NCBI GenBank assembly: GCA_016185545.1
Contig: JACPNJ010000002.1
Span: 51,299 to 115,298, forward strand
DNA from: Candidatus Yanofskybacteria bacterium
GTDB taxonomy: Bacteria > Patescibacteriota > Minisyncoccia > 2-02-FULL-40-12 > IGHO2-01-FULL-4-A
Length of the DNA: 64,000 nt
Reading direction: 5' to 3'
The notes beneath the pieces are model-generated. The model was not told where the DNA came from and searched no databases. It saw nothing but the letters and a program-made list of their open reading frames with translations. Shown piece by piece: positions 38,903 through 49,355 of this stretch; position 1 is the first letter of the stretch, and every line of letters begins with the position of its first letter. Made by a program: the position numbers and the translations under genes.

Positions 38903-40459
38903 ATGTTTGCAAAACAAACAACTAGAAACCAGCAACTAGAAACTAGCAATTACGCCCCTCGTCCTCCCATTGTGGTTGTTTTAGGTCATGTTGACCATGG
39001 CAAAACAACGATATTGGACAAAATCAAGCAAACAAAAGTAGCCGAAAAAGAAGCGGGTGGAATTACTCAGCATATCGGAGCTTACCAGGTCAGCCATAAT
39101 GAAAAAAAAATAACTTTTCTTGATACGCCCGGACATGAGGCATTTAGCGCGATTCGTTCGCGCGGAGCCAAGGTCGCCGATATCGCCATCCTTGTGGTCG
39201 CAGCCGATGAGGGTGTCAAACCGCAAACCAAAGAAGCGATACAAATAATCAAAGAAGCTGATATTCCCTTTGTGGTAGCAATAAATAAAATGGATAAAGA
39301 AGGGGCAAACGCAGACAAAACAAGGCAGGAATTGGCGGAATCGGAAGTACAAGTTGAAGATTATGGCGGTACCGTACCGGTTGTTGAACTTTCGGCTCAA
39401 AAAAACGAAGGCATAAGGGAACTTTTGGAAATGATTCTGCTCGTAGCCGAAATGGAAGAATTTAGCGCGCCTACGGAAGGATTGGCTAAAGGCGTGGTAA
39501 TAGAATCTCATATGGATGCCAAACGAGGTTTAGTTGCTACGCTTATAGTGCATGAAAGAGAATTAAAAACTGGCGATTGGATTGCCGCTGGCTCCGCGTA
39601 CGGCCGGGTAAAATTGCTTGAAAATTTTTTGGGCGAATCAATAAAAATCGCTACGGCTTCACAGCCATGTGTAGTGTTTGGCTGGGAAAGCGCGCCCGGC
39701 GTCGGATGTGAATTCCAAGCCGTATCTTCCAGACAGGAAGCGGAAAAAAACGCCGCTTTAAAAGCAGAATTGGGACCGCCAACTTTATTCGCCAAAGAAA
39801 CCGGAAGCGAAGAACAAAAAACAAATAAAAGAATTGCCAATTTAACCATTAAGGCCGATGTTCAAAGCTCACTTGAAGCGATAGACCAGACACTTAAAAC
39901 CATACATTCCGATGAGGTTGAGTATAGCGTTATTAATTTTGGAGTCGGCAATATCGGCGATAACGATATAAAAAACGCACGAGCCACCGGATCAACGGTA
40001 TTGGGTTTCCATGTTGGCATAGATGGCTCTGCCAAACAGTTGGCAGAAAGGGATCAGGTTAAAACTCAAACCTTTGATATAATATATGAGCTGGTTGAAG
40101 CAGTGCGTTCAATTATGTCAGACCTCCTTGATCCTGAAATTAAACGGATTCCTCTGGGTAAATTAAAAGTTTTGGCCACATTTAAGAACATGCCTAAATC
40201 ACAGATTGTCGGCGGTAAAGTAACACAGGGCAAGATTGAACGCGGCGCTCTGATTGATGTGATTAGAAACGGCGCCTTGCTTATAACTGGCAGACTCGGC
40301 CAACTCCAACACAACAAAGCAGATGTTGCCGAAGTAAGCGAAGGACTCGAAACCGGAATTAGATTTGATTCCTCCGCACAACTAACATTGCAACAATTAA
40401 TAAAAGAAGGTGATATGCTAGAAGTTTATCAGGAAGAAAAAATTAAACGAACCATTTAA
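38903..40459 (+). CDS. infB: translation initiation factor IF-2 (short form)
   Basis: G-domain [22 protein letters not shown]. The ORF track starts at 38867 inside the terminator hairpin, so the more likely start is the ATG at 38903. The 5' coding region contains a heptamer-repeat copy at 38918..38947. Confidence 0.9.
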   Translation: MFAKQTTRNQQLETSNYAPRPPIVVVLGHVDHGKTTILDKIKQTKVAEKEAGGITQHIGAYQVSHNEKKITFLDTPGHEAFSAIRSRGAKVADIAILVVAADEGVKPQTKEAIQIIKEADIPFVVAINKMDKEGANADKTRQELAESEVQVEDYGGTVPVVELSAQKNEGIRELLEMILLVAEMEEFSAPTEGLAKGVVIESHMDAKRGLVATLIVHERELKTGDWIAAGSAYGRVKLLENFLGESIKIATASQPCVVFGWESAPGVGCEFQAVSSRQEAEKNAALKAELGPPTLFAKETGSEEQKTNKRIANLTIKADVQSSLEAIDQTLKTIHSDEVEYSVINFGVGNIGDNDIKNARATGSTVLGFHVGIDGSAKQLAERDQVKTQTFDIIYELVEAVRSIMSDLLDPEIKRIPLGKLKVLATFKNMPKSQIVGGKVTQGKIERGALIDVIRNGALLITGRLGQLQHNKADVAEVSEGLETGIRFDSSAQLTLQQLIKEGDMLEVYQEEKIKRTI

Positions 40460-40803
40460 TGTCAGAACGGATAAAAAAATTAAACGATCTTCTCCGCGAT
40501 GAAGTCGCCAAAATACTTTTAGCCGGACTAGAAAAAGATGATAGCATTTTAGTAACTGTAACCGGCGCCGATGTCTCCTCCACCCTGGAACACGCTACAA
40601 TAAAAATATCTGTATATCCAGATAGTAAGGCAAGGCAGATTCTCAAAAAAATCAACCAAAAAATTTATAATGTCCAGCAGTTGCTGAATAAACGGCTGGC
40701 TATGCGGCCGATACCCAAAATCAGATTTGAAATTGACCAAAGAGAAGAACAAGCCAGTAAAATTAATGAGTTATTTAAAAAACATGGCCACGTGGCGAAG
40801 TAG
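40459..40803 (+). CDS. rbfA: ribosome-binding factor A
   Basis: 114 aa; typical RbfA sequence; 3' end overlaps tRNA-Cys by 18 nt. Confidence 0.8.
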   Translation: MSERIKKLNDLLRDEVAKILLAGLEKDDSILVTVTGADVSSTLEHATIKISVYPDSKARQILKKINQKIYNVQQLLNKRLAMRPIPKIRFEIDQREEQASKINELFKKHGHVAK

Positions 40804-40858
40804 CAAACGCATCGGTCTGCAAAACCGACATTCATGGGTGCAAATCCCATCGTGGCCT
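40786..40858 (+). tRNA. tRNA-Cys (anticodon GCA)
   Basis: acceptor GGCCACG/CGTGGCC; anticodon stem TCGGT/ACCGA with loop CTGCAAA; T-arm with GCAAATCC. Confidence 0.75.
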
Positions 40859-40859
40859 C

Positions 40860-41573
40860 ATGATTAAAGGAATAATTCTTGCCGGGGGCAAGGGTACACG
40901 GCTTTTGCCATTGACTAAAATTACTAATAAGCATTTACTACCGATATTTAATCGAGTAATGATTGAGTACCCGCTTCAGACATTGCTGAAAGCTGGCATT
41001 AAAGAAATCCTGATTGTTTCCGGCCGCGAGCACGCCGGCGATTTTGTTGAATATCTTGGTTCAGGCAAAGATTATGGGGCTAATTTTACATATAAGGTAC
41101 AGGACGAAGCCGGCGGCATCGCCCAAGCGCTTCTTTTAGCTGAAGATTTCGCCGATGGAAAAAAGGTTATGGTGATATTGGGTGATAATATTTTTGAAGA
41201 TAATATTTCACGGGCAGTAAAAAATTTCCGCAGTGGTGCAAGGATTTTTTTAAAAAAAGTATCTGACCCAGAACGTTTTGGGGTAGCTGTACTGGAAGGC
41301 AAGCGGGTAGTAAAGATTCTGGAAAAACCGGAAAAATCGCCAAGTCCTTACGCCGTTACCGGTTTATATCAATACGACAAAAATGTTTTCAAAACAATTA
41401 AACGTCTCAAACCATCAGCCCGTGGCGAACTTGAAATAACAGATGTGAATAACGCTTACATAAAGCGCGAGGCCATGAAAGCAGAATTCATCCGCGGTTT
41501 TTGGTCGGATGCCGGCACTTTTGATTCTCTCGCCCGCTCGGTCAGTTGGGCATTGAAAAAATCAAAAAAATAA
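40860..41573 (+). CDS. sugar-phosphate nucleotidyltransferase (RmlA/glucose-1-phosphate thymidylyltransferase-like)
   Basis: N-terminal GIILAGGKGTRLLPLT motif; 237 aa. Confidence 0.75.
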   Translation: MIKGIILAGGKGTRLLPLTKITNKHLLPIFNRVMIEYPLQTLLKAGIKEILIVSGREHAGDFVEYLGSGKDYGANFTYKVQDEAGGIAQALLLAEDFADGKKVMVILGDNIFEDNISRAVKNFRSGARIFLKKVSDPERFGVAVLEGKRVVKILEKPEKSPSPYAVTGLYQYDKNVFKTIKRLKPSARGELEITDVNNAYIKREAMKAEFIRGFWSDAGTFDSLARSVSWALKKSKK

Positions 41574-41587
41574 CCTAGAATTTTGTT

Positions 41588-41675
41588 GCGCCGCCGTGGT
41601 GGAACTTGGTATACACGATCGACTTAAAATCGATTGCCGAAAGGCATGTCGGTTCAAATCCGACCGGCGGCACCA
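41588..41675 (+). tRNA. tRNA-Leu (anticodon TAA), long variable arm, CCA encoded
   Basis: acceptor GCCGCCG/CGGCGGC with discriminator A and CCA; anticodon stem ATCGA/TCGAT with loop CTTAAAA; T-arm GTCGG-TTCAAAT-CCGAC. Confidence 0.8.
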
Positions 41676-41689
41676 AAACTAAAAAATTT

Positions 41690-42526
41690 ATGTCAAAAGA
41701 AATTCCAGAGTGGAAAAAACAACTTTTAGAAAAAGAGCCGCAAGAAGAACATCCGTCTTTAGATACCGAGGCGTTGGCGCCATACAAAGAAAAAATAAAA
41801 ATTTTAGAAAGAGACTTGGCGGCACTGGATAATTTTTTGAACTTGCATTTTGACGCTAAAACCAAACCGCAAAAATATGACTTTGTAGAAGTTTACAAAA
41901 ATATCAATGTTTTAGCTCCGCCTCAAATTGATCCAACCGCTACTGCCTTATCCGACGATATCCTGGAAAGAATTTTGGTTTATATGGCCAATCGTCTGCG
42001 ATATCCGCCGCTAGTTATGGAAGAAATTTTAAATGAATTGGGGGACAAGGAAGATGACAAACCGTTAAAACAAGTTTTTGAATACGTCAAAACGCTTTAC
42101 TTGGGCATGGTTGAAAACAAAAAGAAAGTTCTGTGGCAATTGACAGAACATGTTGGAATAAAAAAATCGGCGGCAATTTTTGAAGAACAAGATTTAATAA
42201 AAGAACGGGCTTATCCTGATTTTTTGGATTATTTGGATCAAAATTTAAAACCTGAGGATAAAAAATGGCTGGGAAAAGGAAGCCCGGAAGCAGTTGAAAC
42301 TGCACGGTCAGTGTTTAATGATTGGTATGAAAACAATAAAAACAAGTTCTTCTTAGGCCATGAAAAAATCCGAGGCGAAATTGTGAATATTGCCGGAAAA
42401 TTAGATGATAAAACCGCTTATAAAATAATTGAAAAGCATTTATTTACCAACCCCAGAGAAATTTTTGAACTTTTTGAAAGCCAAGCAGAGTTAAGCCCGT
42501 TAAAAAGGGCGTTCAAAATAAATTGA
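41690..42526 (+). CDS. hypothetical protein
   Basis: ORF track 41606..42526 begins inside tRNA-Leu; the in-frame ATG at 41690 (MSKEIPEWKK) is the plausible start. Confidence 0.5.
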   Translation: MSKEIPEWKKQLLEKEPQEEHPSLDTEALAPYKEKIKILERDLAALDNFLNLHFDAKTKPQKYDFVEVYKNINVLAPPQIDPTATALSDDILERILVYMANRLRYPPLVMEEILNELGDKEDDKPLKQVFEYVKTLYLGMVENKKKVLWQLTEHVGIKKSAAIFEEQDLIKERAYPDFLDYLDQNLKPEDKKWLGKGSPEAVETARSVFNDWYENNKNKFFLGHEKIRGEIVNIAGKLDDKTAYKIIEKHLFTNPREIFELFESQAELSPLKRAFKIN

Positions 42527-42588
42527 CGCTCAAAAACAATAGGAGTATAACAAAAGAGTTATCTTCAGAACCTTAACAAAAATATGGG

Positions 42589-44241
42589 GTGGGTAAAATG
42601 AGAGGAAGCAGGAAGACATTTTCTGTTTTTTTGTGTTGGATCATTTTATGGGGCCAAACCGCAAACATTTGCGCAAATCAGATAAATGAGGACAATCCCC
42701 ATCCGCCATCTCTTGACGAAATTATAAAATTTTCATCTTGGAAAATCAGGGAAATTGCCGAAAAACACGATTTTGTCAAAGACAAAATTGACAAAAAAAA
42801 GAAAGAAATTGAAAAAGCGGGTAAAGCCGAAGAAAAAAATGCTAAAAAAATTGAAAAAGACGCGAAAGCAAGAATTAAAACTAATGAGGACAAACTAAAG
42901 GATATACCGCAATCCGTTACTGACCCCAAAGCAGTTGCCGCTCGCCAAAGCCTGAAATGTGATATCGTAGCCCTCAAAAAAGAGGCCACGAAACAAATTG
43001 TTGCTTCCAACAATAAGCAAATCGCCTACGACGTTTCGGATTCTAAACTTACACTTTTAAGAGACTGGAAAGACACCGCAACAGAGATTGATAAAAAAAT
43101 AAAAGATGGAACGATTTCCCAAAGAACCCTTGGCGATTCTAAGACCCAGGTCGGCAATGTCCTTGATATAGGATCGCGCAGTTCCGAATCGCCGTTTAAT
43201 GGGCAGGAAAAAGATATACAATTGGGTGCCGATGATCTAAAAAGGTTAAAAATGTCGGGACAATTCCCCAAAGAAGTGATAGATCCGGTAATCACGGAAT
43301 ACGTGAATCGTTTGGCGCAGAATATCGCAAGAAATAGCGACCTCACAGTACCGCTTAGTGTGACAGTTGTGAGCGAAACTGAGAAATGGAACGGCCGTTC
43401 TGTTTTGGATAAGAATGGCCGGGAGCAACAAATAGTGAACGCTTTCGCTGAACCAGGCGGGTTTCTTGTGGTTTATGCCGGTCTTATTTTGGAATCGGAA
43501 AGCGAATCAGAATTTGCCGGCGCTTTGGCTCATGAAATTGCCCATGCGGCCGCTCGCCATGGCCATCGTATTCTGAGCCGGGCCACCAAGTTCAACATTT
43601 TAAAAACAGCCGGGCAATTATTTACCCTATTTTTTCCTATGGCTTATTGGATATATCTTTTGGCCCAATACGGCTTTAGCGGTTTAGATATTTTTCTAAA
43701 CTTAAACCTCCTGGGCATATCAAGGGATTTCGAACTGGAAGCTGACCAGCTTGGAATGCAATATGTTTGGCATGCCGGTTACGATCCGGCGGGTTTCACA
43801 ACATTGTTTGACCGCATGGCTTCGGAATTCGGTTATGCTAGCCATACCTCATTTTTCAGAACCCATCCGGCTTTTGGAGACAGAATACTTGTAGCCAGCA
43901 AAGAAGAAAAGGCGCTTCGCTCGGTTGATCCGTATAGAGAATATACCGCCAATAGTTCCGAATTTGACGGAATCCGAGAGCGTGTGCGCGAGCTTGTTGA
44001 TATTAATTACAGGGAAGAAGCGAGAAATCAGAATGAATATACGCCTTCTCTTTACGCAAAAGAGCGTAAGGAAGAAGAGGCGTGCAAAGATATTTTGCCA
44101 ATGGCACCACCATTATCTTCGGTAAGATCTGTACCCAATACGCCCCCAGTTACTTCTATTCCAAAACCGGATGAGACCGTACAACCAGAAGCGGAACCGG
44201 ATGAAAAAGATAAGCCGCCAGTACTGAAAAGAAAAGAGTAG
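42589..44241 (+). CDS. secreted M48-family zinc metalloprotease with an N-terminal coiled-coil region
   Basis: signal peptide; HExxH (ALAHEIAHAAARHG) and a downstream ELEADQLG glutamate motif. Confidence 0.75.
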   Translation: MGKMRGSRKTFSVFLCWIILWGQTANICANQINEDNPHPPSLDEIIKFSSWKIREIAEKHDFVKDKIDKKKKEIEKAGKAEEKNAKKIEKDAKARIKTNEDKLKDIPQSVTDPKAVAARQSLKCDIVALKKEATKQIVASNNKQIAYDVSDSKLTLLRDWKDTATEIDKKIKDGTISQRTLGDSKTQVGNVLDIGSRSSESPFNGQEKDIQLGADDLKRLKMSGQFPKEVIDPVITEYVNRLAQNIARNSDLTVPLSVTVVSETEKWNGRSVLDKNGREQQIVNAFAEPGGFLVVYAGLILESESESEFAGALAHEIAHAAARHGHRILSRATKFNILKTAGQLFTLFFPMAYWIYLLAQYGFSGLDIFLNLNLLGISRDFELEADQLGMQYVWHAGYDPAGFTTLFDRMASEFGYASHTSFFRTHPAFGDRILVASKEEKALRSVDPYREYTANSSEFDGIRERVRELVDINYREEARNQNEYTPSLYAKERKEEEACKDILPMAPPLSSVRSVPNTPPVTSIPKPDETVQPEAEPDEKDKPPVLKRKE

Positions 44242-44250
44242 TTTAAACCC

Positions 44251-45240
44251 TCAATTAAGGGTTTTTTTATATAAGGATAATAAATTTTTCAAAACCGCGG
44301 CAATGACGATCGGCCCGACTCCGCCAATGTGTGGAGTTATTAGACCAGTTTTTTTTGAGACCGTTTCAAAATCAACGTCTTGGCCAAAATCTATAACAGT
44401 TGCCCCTTCTTTTACCATATCAGCAGTAATAATGGGTTTGCTCGTCCCGTTAGAAGTAGCCACGCCGCGGTCCTCCGGACTCGTCCCGTTAGAGAGAGCT
44501 AGTGGTCCAAGTTTATTATAAATACTGGTAATGCTATCTTGTCTGGACTCTCTAACGGGACCAACGCCGGATATTATAATATCGGCTTGGTGCGACAGCT
44601 CGGCTGGATTTGGCGTAAATTCATTAATTATGCTAACCGTTGCGCCCTGACTAGCCAGCCAGTGGCTTATCGGTTTGCCAATCAGCAAACCATAACCGAA
44701 AACAACGCAATTTTTGCCTTTTGGATTAGTGCCATATTTTTCAAAAATTATTTTTACCGCCTCAACTGCCGGAGGTAGAATTGCCGAGCGACCGACCCCC
44801 AAAAGCTTCGCCTCGGGGCGAGCAAAAAATGACCCCTGTGACTTTTCAGACAAAACATCAACATCTTTTTCCGATAGAATCGCATTTAATATGTATTGGG
44901 TATTGATATGCGCCGGCAGAGGCAGTTCAATCAGTACCCCCTGGTTAACCCCCGCCTTAGCGATGCTAACAATTTCTTTGCGCAATTTTTGAGTTGTAAT
45001 CTCTGCCTGAAATTCGTACAAGCGAAAATCAATGCCTACTTTCTCAGCGGCTTTTTTCTTTAGCTCCAAAAACTTGCGCAACCCGCTTAGAGGTTGAGCC
45101 TCCAATGAATCCCGAGGCTCAACATCTGGATTTGAACCAACCAAAACCGCCACCAATCGCGGTTGTTTTGGAAGTTTTTTTACTTCTTTGCTCACTTCCA
45201 TCAATATTTCTTCCGCTATTTTTTTTCCGTCAATTATCAT
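44251..45240 (-). CDS. folD: methylene-THF dehydrogenase/cyclohydrolase with two in-frame repeat insertions
   Basis: FolD N-terminus MIIDGKKIAEEI; 329 aa versus a typical ~285; insertions at 44440..44562 and 45086..45128. Confidence 0.85.
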   Translation of the reverse strand: MIIDGKKIAEEILMEVSKEVKKLPKQPRLVAVLVGSNPDVEPRDSLEAQPLSGLRKFLELKKKAAEKVGIDFRLYEFQAEITTQKLRKEIVSIAKAGVNQGVLIELPLPAHINTQYILNAILSEKDVDVLSEKSQGSFFARPEAKLLGVGRSAILPPAVEAVKIIFEKYGTNPKGKNCVVFGYGLLIGKPISHWLASQGATVSIINEFTPNPAELSHQADIIISGVGPVRESRQDSITSIYNKLGPLALSNGTSPEDRGVATSNGTSKPIITADMVKEGATVIDFGQDVDFETVSKKTGLITPHIGGVGPIVIAAVLKNLLSLYKKTLN

Positions 45241-45245
45241 TGTCT

Positions 45246-46418
45246 CTATTTTAACAAAATTTTTTTAATTTTCCTTGCGATTTTAACCATTTCCTTTTCT
45301 TTCATGCATTGAGTAGTCACGGCAGGGGTGCCAAGGCGGATGCCGGATGGGTCCCAAGGTTTGCGAGTGTCGTAGGGTATCATATTCTTGTTGACAATGA
45401 TGCCTGCGCGTTCTAATCGCTCCCCTGCTTGTTTGCCGGTCAAACCAAGCGGAGTTACATCCATCAACATCAGGTGGTTATCCGTACCGCCGGTAATAAT
45501 TTTAAAACCCAGCCGTTTTAATTCTGTCGCCAATTCTTTGGCGTTAGCCACAATCTGTTTGGCATATTTTTTGAAATTTGGCCGCAACGCTTCTTCAAGA
45601 CAAACCCCAATTGCCGCAATCGTATGCATCTGCGGCCCGCCCTGCAATCCCGGAAACACAGTTTTATCAATTTGATCGGTAAGATTAATTACCTGGCCCC
45701 TGTCACCTGAAACCTGTAACTTGGATATTATGATTGCTCCGCGAGGACCTCGGAGAGTTTTTTGAGTTGTGGTGGTAATTATATCGGCATAAGAAAAAGG
45801 ACTGGGGTGCACTCTTACAACTACAAGACCGGCAATATGCGAAATGTCGGCCATGAGCAATGCCCCGACGGAATTGGCAATTTTGCGGAACTTTTTGAAA
45901 TCAAGTTTGCGCGGATAGGCGGTGGCACCGCAAACAATTAGTTGGGGTTTGAAATCGCACGCACTGCGTGCGACTTCATTATAATCAATCAGACCATCGC
46001 GTCCCACCCCGTAATGCTTAAACTTAAACAGTTTGCCGGTCATACTGACATCGTGCCCATGCGTTAAGTGGCCACCGTGCTCCAGTGACATAGCTAGTAT
46101 CCGCCCGCCAATTCCAACAGAACCAACGTATGAAGCCAGATTTGCGATACTGCCAGAATAAGACTGAACATTCACGCCATATTTTTTCGGTGAAATTTTA
46201 AAAACTTCATAAACTAACCGCTTGACCTCATCTTCTAGCCGGTCAACGACTTCATTGCCAAAATAATATCTCCGGTGCGATCTGCCCTCTGCGTATTTAT
46301 TAGTTAACGGCGACCCCAAAGCCGCCAGGACATTCTTAGATACATAGTTTTCCGAAGGAATCAGATTTATCACCTTTTTTTGACGTATAATCTCTTTTTT
46401 GATGAGTCTTTTTATCAT
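45246..46418 (-). CDS. glyA: serine hydroxymethyltransferase
   Basis: PLP-site motif TTTTQKTLRGPRG and HLTHGH; in-frame heptamer-repeat insertion at 45691..45724. Confidence 0.9.
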   Translation of the reverse strand: MIKRLIKKEIIRQKKVINLIPSENYVSKNVLAALGSPLTNKYAEGRSHRRYYFGNEVVDRLEDEVKRLVYEVFKISPKKYGVNVQSYSGSIANLASYVGSVGIGGRILAMSLEHGGHLTHGHDVSMTGKLFKFKHYGVGRDGLIDYNEVARSACDFKPQLIVCGATAYPRKLDFKKFRKIANSVGALLMADISHIAGLVVVRVHPSPFSYADIITTTTQKTLRGPRGAIIISKLQVSGDRGQVINLTDQIDKTVFPGLQGGPQMHTIAAIGVCLEEALRPNFKKYAKQIVANAKELATELKRLGFKIITGGTDNHLMLMDVTPLGLTGKQAGERLERAGIIVNKNMIPYDTRKPWDPSGIRLGTPAVTTQCMKEKEMVKIARKIKKILLK

Positions 46419-47064
46419 ATCCCCAACAACTTCATTAATTGTTCCGGCTTAGACGGTCCTACCCGCAAAATTTTTGGTTTTATGGTTGAGAGGTCCAAAA
46501 TGGCCGATGGCAATGATGGCGGCAAAATCCCGGCATCTAAAATCAAATCGGGTTTCCAAATTTTCCTTCTGAAAGATTCTACAATCTTATTGATGTCGCC
46601 CGAAACTTCCTTTCCGGTTATATTAGCGGATACAGCCGTCAAAGGATAACCGAATTTCCCAAGAAGTTTATCAACCAAAAGAAAATCAGGAATCCTGACG
46701 GCGACAGTGTTCACACCGGCAGTTACAATGCACGGGATAACGCTCTTTTTTGGTAAAATACAGATGTGGTGCTAGGCCAGATATTCTCCAGCACGCTTTC
46801 CAGTTTGGGCGGAACAAAAGCCAGTTCCTTTACCCATTTTATATTGCGCACAATTATCGGCAGAGGTCTAACCAACGGCCGTTTTTTTATTTTAAAAACC
46901 AGTTCCACGGCGTGTTTATCGCAAGCATTTGCGCCAAAACAATAAACCGTGTCAGTCGGATAAACGATAATTCCGCCCGTTTGCAAAATTTTAACCGTCT
47001 CTGATAAAGCACCTGTATAGTTTTTATTTAAATCGATTGGAATAATTTTCATCCCGGGATTCAT
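46415..47064 (-). pseudogene. tsaC: threonylcarbamoyl-AMP synthase split by a -1 frameshift near 46772
   Basis: N-part (46723..47064: TVYCFGANA, ENIWP) and C-part (46415..46771 frame: LPKKSVIPCIVTAGVNTVAVRIPD, SANITG) are both YrdC-like but in different frames. Confidence 0.6.
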
Positions 47065-47118
47065 AAGTAATTAAAATGCCGCCAGAGCGGCAAAATAACC
47101 AACAATAAGCATTTAGTC

Positions 47119-48066
47119 TTAGTTTAGTAACGATATCAGTATCTTGGCCAGCTTCTTTTTCGGATTATGGCGCACAAAATTACCAATGTCAAGCAAATTA
47201 GCCGAGATGAATTTGGGTTTTCTGCCGTTATCGCGCAAACCTGATATTTCTACAAAGTGTGAATTCTCTTTAAGATAGCGTTTCAAAACTGAAGCTGACG
47301 GTTTCTTGTTATTGAAAACTGCGTAATCTAGGATACCCCTGCTAAGATATTTCTCAACTGTATTTACAAAATCTTGGGCCTTAAAGCCGTGGGTCTCGCC
47401 AAATTTTGTCATCAGGTTGCAAATATAAACTTTCCGGGCTTTTGAATTTTTAATCGCCGCTGCCATTCCTTCAACCAATAAATTGGGAATAATGCTCGTA
47501 TAGAGATCGCCCGGACCGATGACTATCATATCTGCCGCCAATATCGCTTTTATTGCTTCAGAATTAATATGGGCCGGCGGATCAAGCCAAACCTTTTTGA
47601 TAGGAACAGTCGGATCATGTTTTGGGATGTCTATATTGGTCTCCCCCCGAACCACTGCGTCGCTGGCAAGTTGAGCATGCAACGTGGTGTTATCCAAAGT
47701 AACCGGAATAACACTGCCTTTGATATTTAAAATCTCCGAACCAAGCTTAACGGCATCGCCGAAATTACCTGTTATTTTTTCCAGCGCGCTTAAAAAAATA
47801 TTCCCGAAATTATGACCGCGCAAATCCCCAGAAGAAAACCGGTAATTAAAAAGGCTGCGAAGGGTTTGGCTCGTATCAGATAGGGCAACTAGCGCCCGGC
47901 GTATGTCGCCGGGCGGCAATACGCCGTACTGATCCCGCAATCTACCCGTTGAACCGCCATTATCGGCCATAGAAACAACTGCGCTAAGTTCAACCGAGTA
48001 GTCGCGCAGTGCCGTAAGTACAACAAAAGTCCCCGTACCTCCACCTATAACCACAACTTTTTTCAT
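47119..48066 (-). CDS. YvcK/CofD-family (gluconeogenesis factor / UPF0052) protein
   Basis: N-terminal VVVIGGGTG and IGPGDLYTSIIPNLLV. Confidence 0.75.
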   Translation of the reverse strand: MKKVVVIGGGTGTFVVLTALRDYSVELSAVVSMADNGGSTGRLRDQYGVLPPGDIRRALVALSDTSQTLRSLFNYRFSSGDLRGHNFGNIFLSALEKITGNFGDAVKLGSEILNIKGSVIPVTLDNTTLHAQLASDAVVRGETNIDIPKHDPTVPIKKVWLDPPAHINSEAIKAILAADMIVIGPGDLYTSIIPNLLVEGMAAAIKNSKARKVYICNLMTKFGETHGFKAQDFVNTVEKYLSRGILDYAVFNNKKPSASVLKRYLKENSHFVEISGLRDNGRKPKFISANLLDIGNFVRHNPKKKLAKILISLLN

Positions 48067-48153
48067 TTATATGAATACCCGATCAGAGTTTTTATGTCTT
48101 CAAAATGGCCAATTGGCAATCAGAAATAGATATAATACAGCGCAATTGGTATC

Positions 48154-48546
48154 CTAGGCTATTTTAATAAAAGAGGAACCCAAATCACGGCGCAACTTGT
48201 TGGCTCTAAGAAGAAAAGCCAAAATACCAAGCGCTAAAAGTATATAAAGAGCGGCTGGAGAGAGGAAGAATTTATATACTCCGATTATTAAATTACCCAA
48301 TGGCAACGATGAGGCGGAAAAATAATCACCGCGGACAAACATCCATATTTCACGTACGGCAAGCGGGGTCATAGACAACACAACAGCCGCAAAATACCCC
48401 ATCCAGCGTCGGTGTCTCTCCAGTACTTTAATACCGTTCATTACACGACGGGTAAAATCAACCGACGGCTCTATAAAGTATCTCGGTTTGAGTCCGGCAA
48501 CTTTTGATTTTATTAAATTGTCCAGTTCAGTTTCCTGCTTAGTCAT
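48154..48546 (-). CDS. small membrane protein, putative anti-sigma factor
   Basis: 130 aa with two TM helices; 8-nt overlap with the upstream ECF sigma gene. Confidence 0.4.
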   Translation of the reverse strand: MTKQETELDNLIKSKVAGLKPRYFIEPSVDFTRRVMNGIKVLERHRRWMGYFAAVVLSMTPLAVREIWMFVRGDYFSASSLPLGNLIIGVYKFFLSPAALYILLALGILAFLLRANKLRRDLGSSFIKIA

Positions 48547-49084
48547 ATTCCAATACGATGTCCTTAAGGGCGGGGCTTGTTTCTATTGAAGCAAGCAGTA
48601 TTTTTCTTGCCCTGTGGAGACGGCTTTTTAACGTATTCTGATTAATATGCAAAAGTTCACCTATCTCTTTATATGAAAAACCTTCATAATAAAGCAGTTT
48701 TATTATCGCCCTATCCTCTTTTACTAGTTGGTCAATGCAATGCTCCAGCTCTTTGGAAACCTCCATATTGGCAACTCGCTCTTGATAATCAACGGCTGCA
48801 GTTTCAGGAATATTCTCCAGAATCGCGCTATCCAGCGCAAACGGCTTATTCTTGTTTTTCCTAAAAAAATCTATAACCGTATTGCGCGCAATCTGGAAAA
48901 GCCAGCTTTTTAATTTGTCCGGTTCTTTGAGCGTACTGAATTTCTTATAAACCTTAATGAACGTTTCCTGCGCTAGATCTTCCGCCTCATAACGATTGCC
49001 CACAAAACGGTAATGAAAATTCACCAAATCCCGCTGGTACTGATTGACAATCTCCTCAAATTTTCTTAGTTCATTTGGCTGCAT
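48539..49084 (-). CDS. ECF-type RNA polymerase sigma factor
   Basis: region 2 (AEDLAQETFIKVYKK) and region 4 (IGELLHINQNTLKSRLHRARK) signatures. Confidence 0.8.
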   Translation of the reverse strand: MQPNELRKFEEIVNQYQRDLVNFHYRFVGNRYEAEDLAQETFIKVYKKFSTLKEPDKLKSWLFQIARNTVIDFFRKNKNKPFALDSAILENIPETAAVDYQERVANMEVSKELEHCIDQLVKEDRAIIKLLYYEGFSYKEIGELLHINQNTLKSRLHRARKILLASIETSPALKDIVLEYD

Positions 49085-49355
49085 GTCCCTTAAAACATAC
49101 TAGCAAGAAACCATCGTAATTACCAGCTAATAAGACGCTGGCCATTAAAATTTGGTTGCGTACGCAACCCCAGTTTAAAACAAGCGTCATATCTAGCAAT
49201 GGTTATCCAATATATCCACTATATTCACCCCAAAAGAAGCTTCGCTTCCAACGGGGCAAGCAATCGCGGCCCTCCGGTTTACGGAGAGATACCGTTGAAA
49301 CACTTCCTTTTTTAAATAAACGCACAGCCGATAGGTTATGCGTTTATTATTTTAG

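Noticed and set aside
41575-41865. 96-aa minus-strand ORF
   Set aside because: Lies antisense across tRNA-Leu(TAA) and the start of the downstream gene; spurious.
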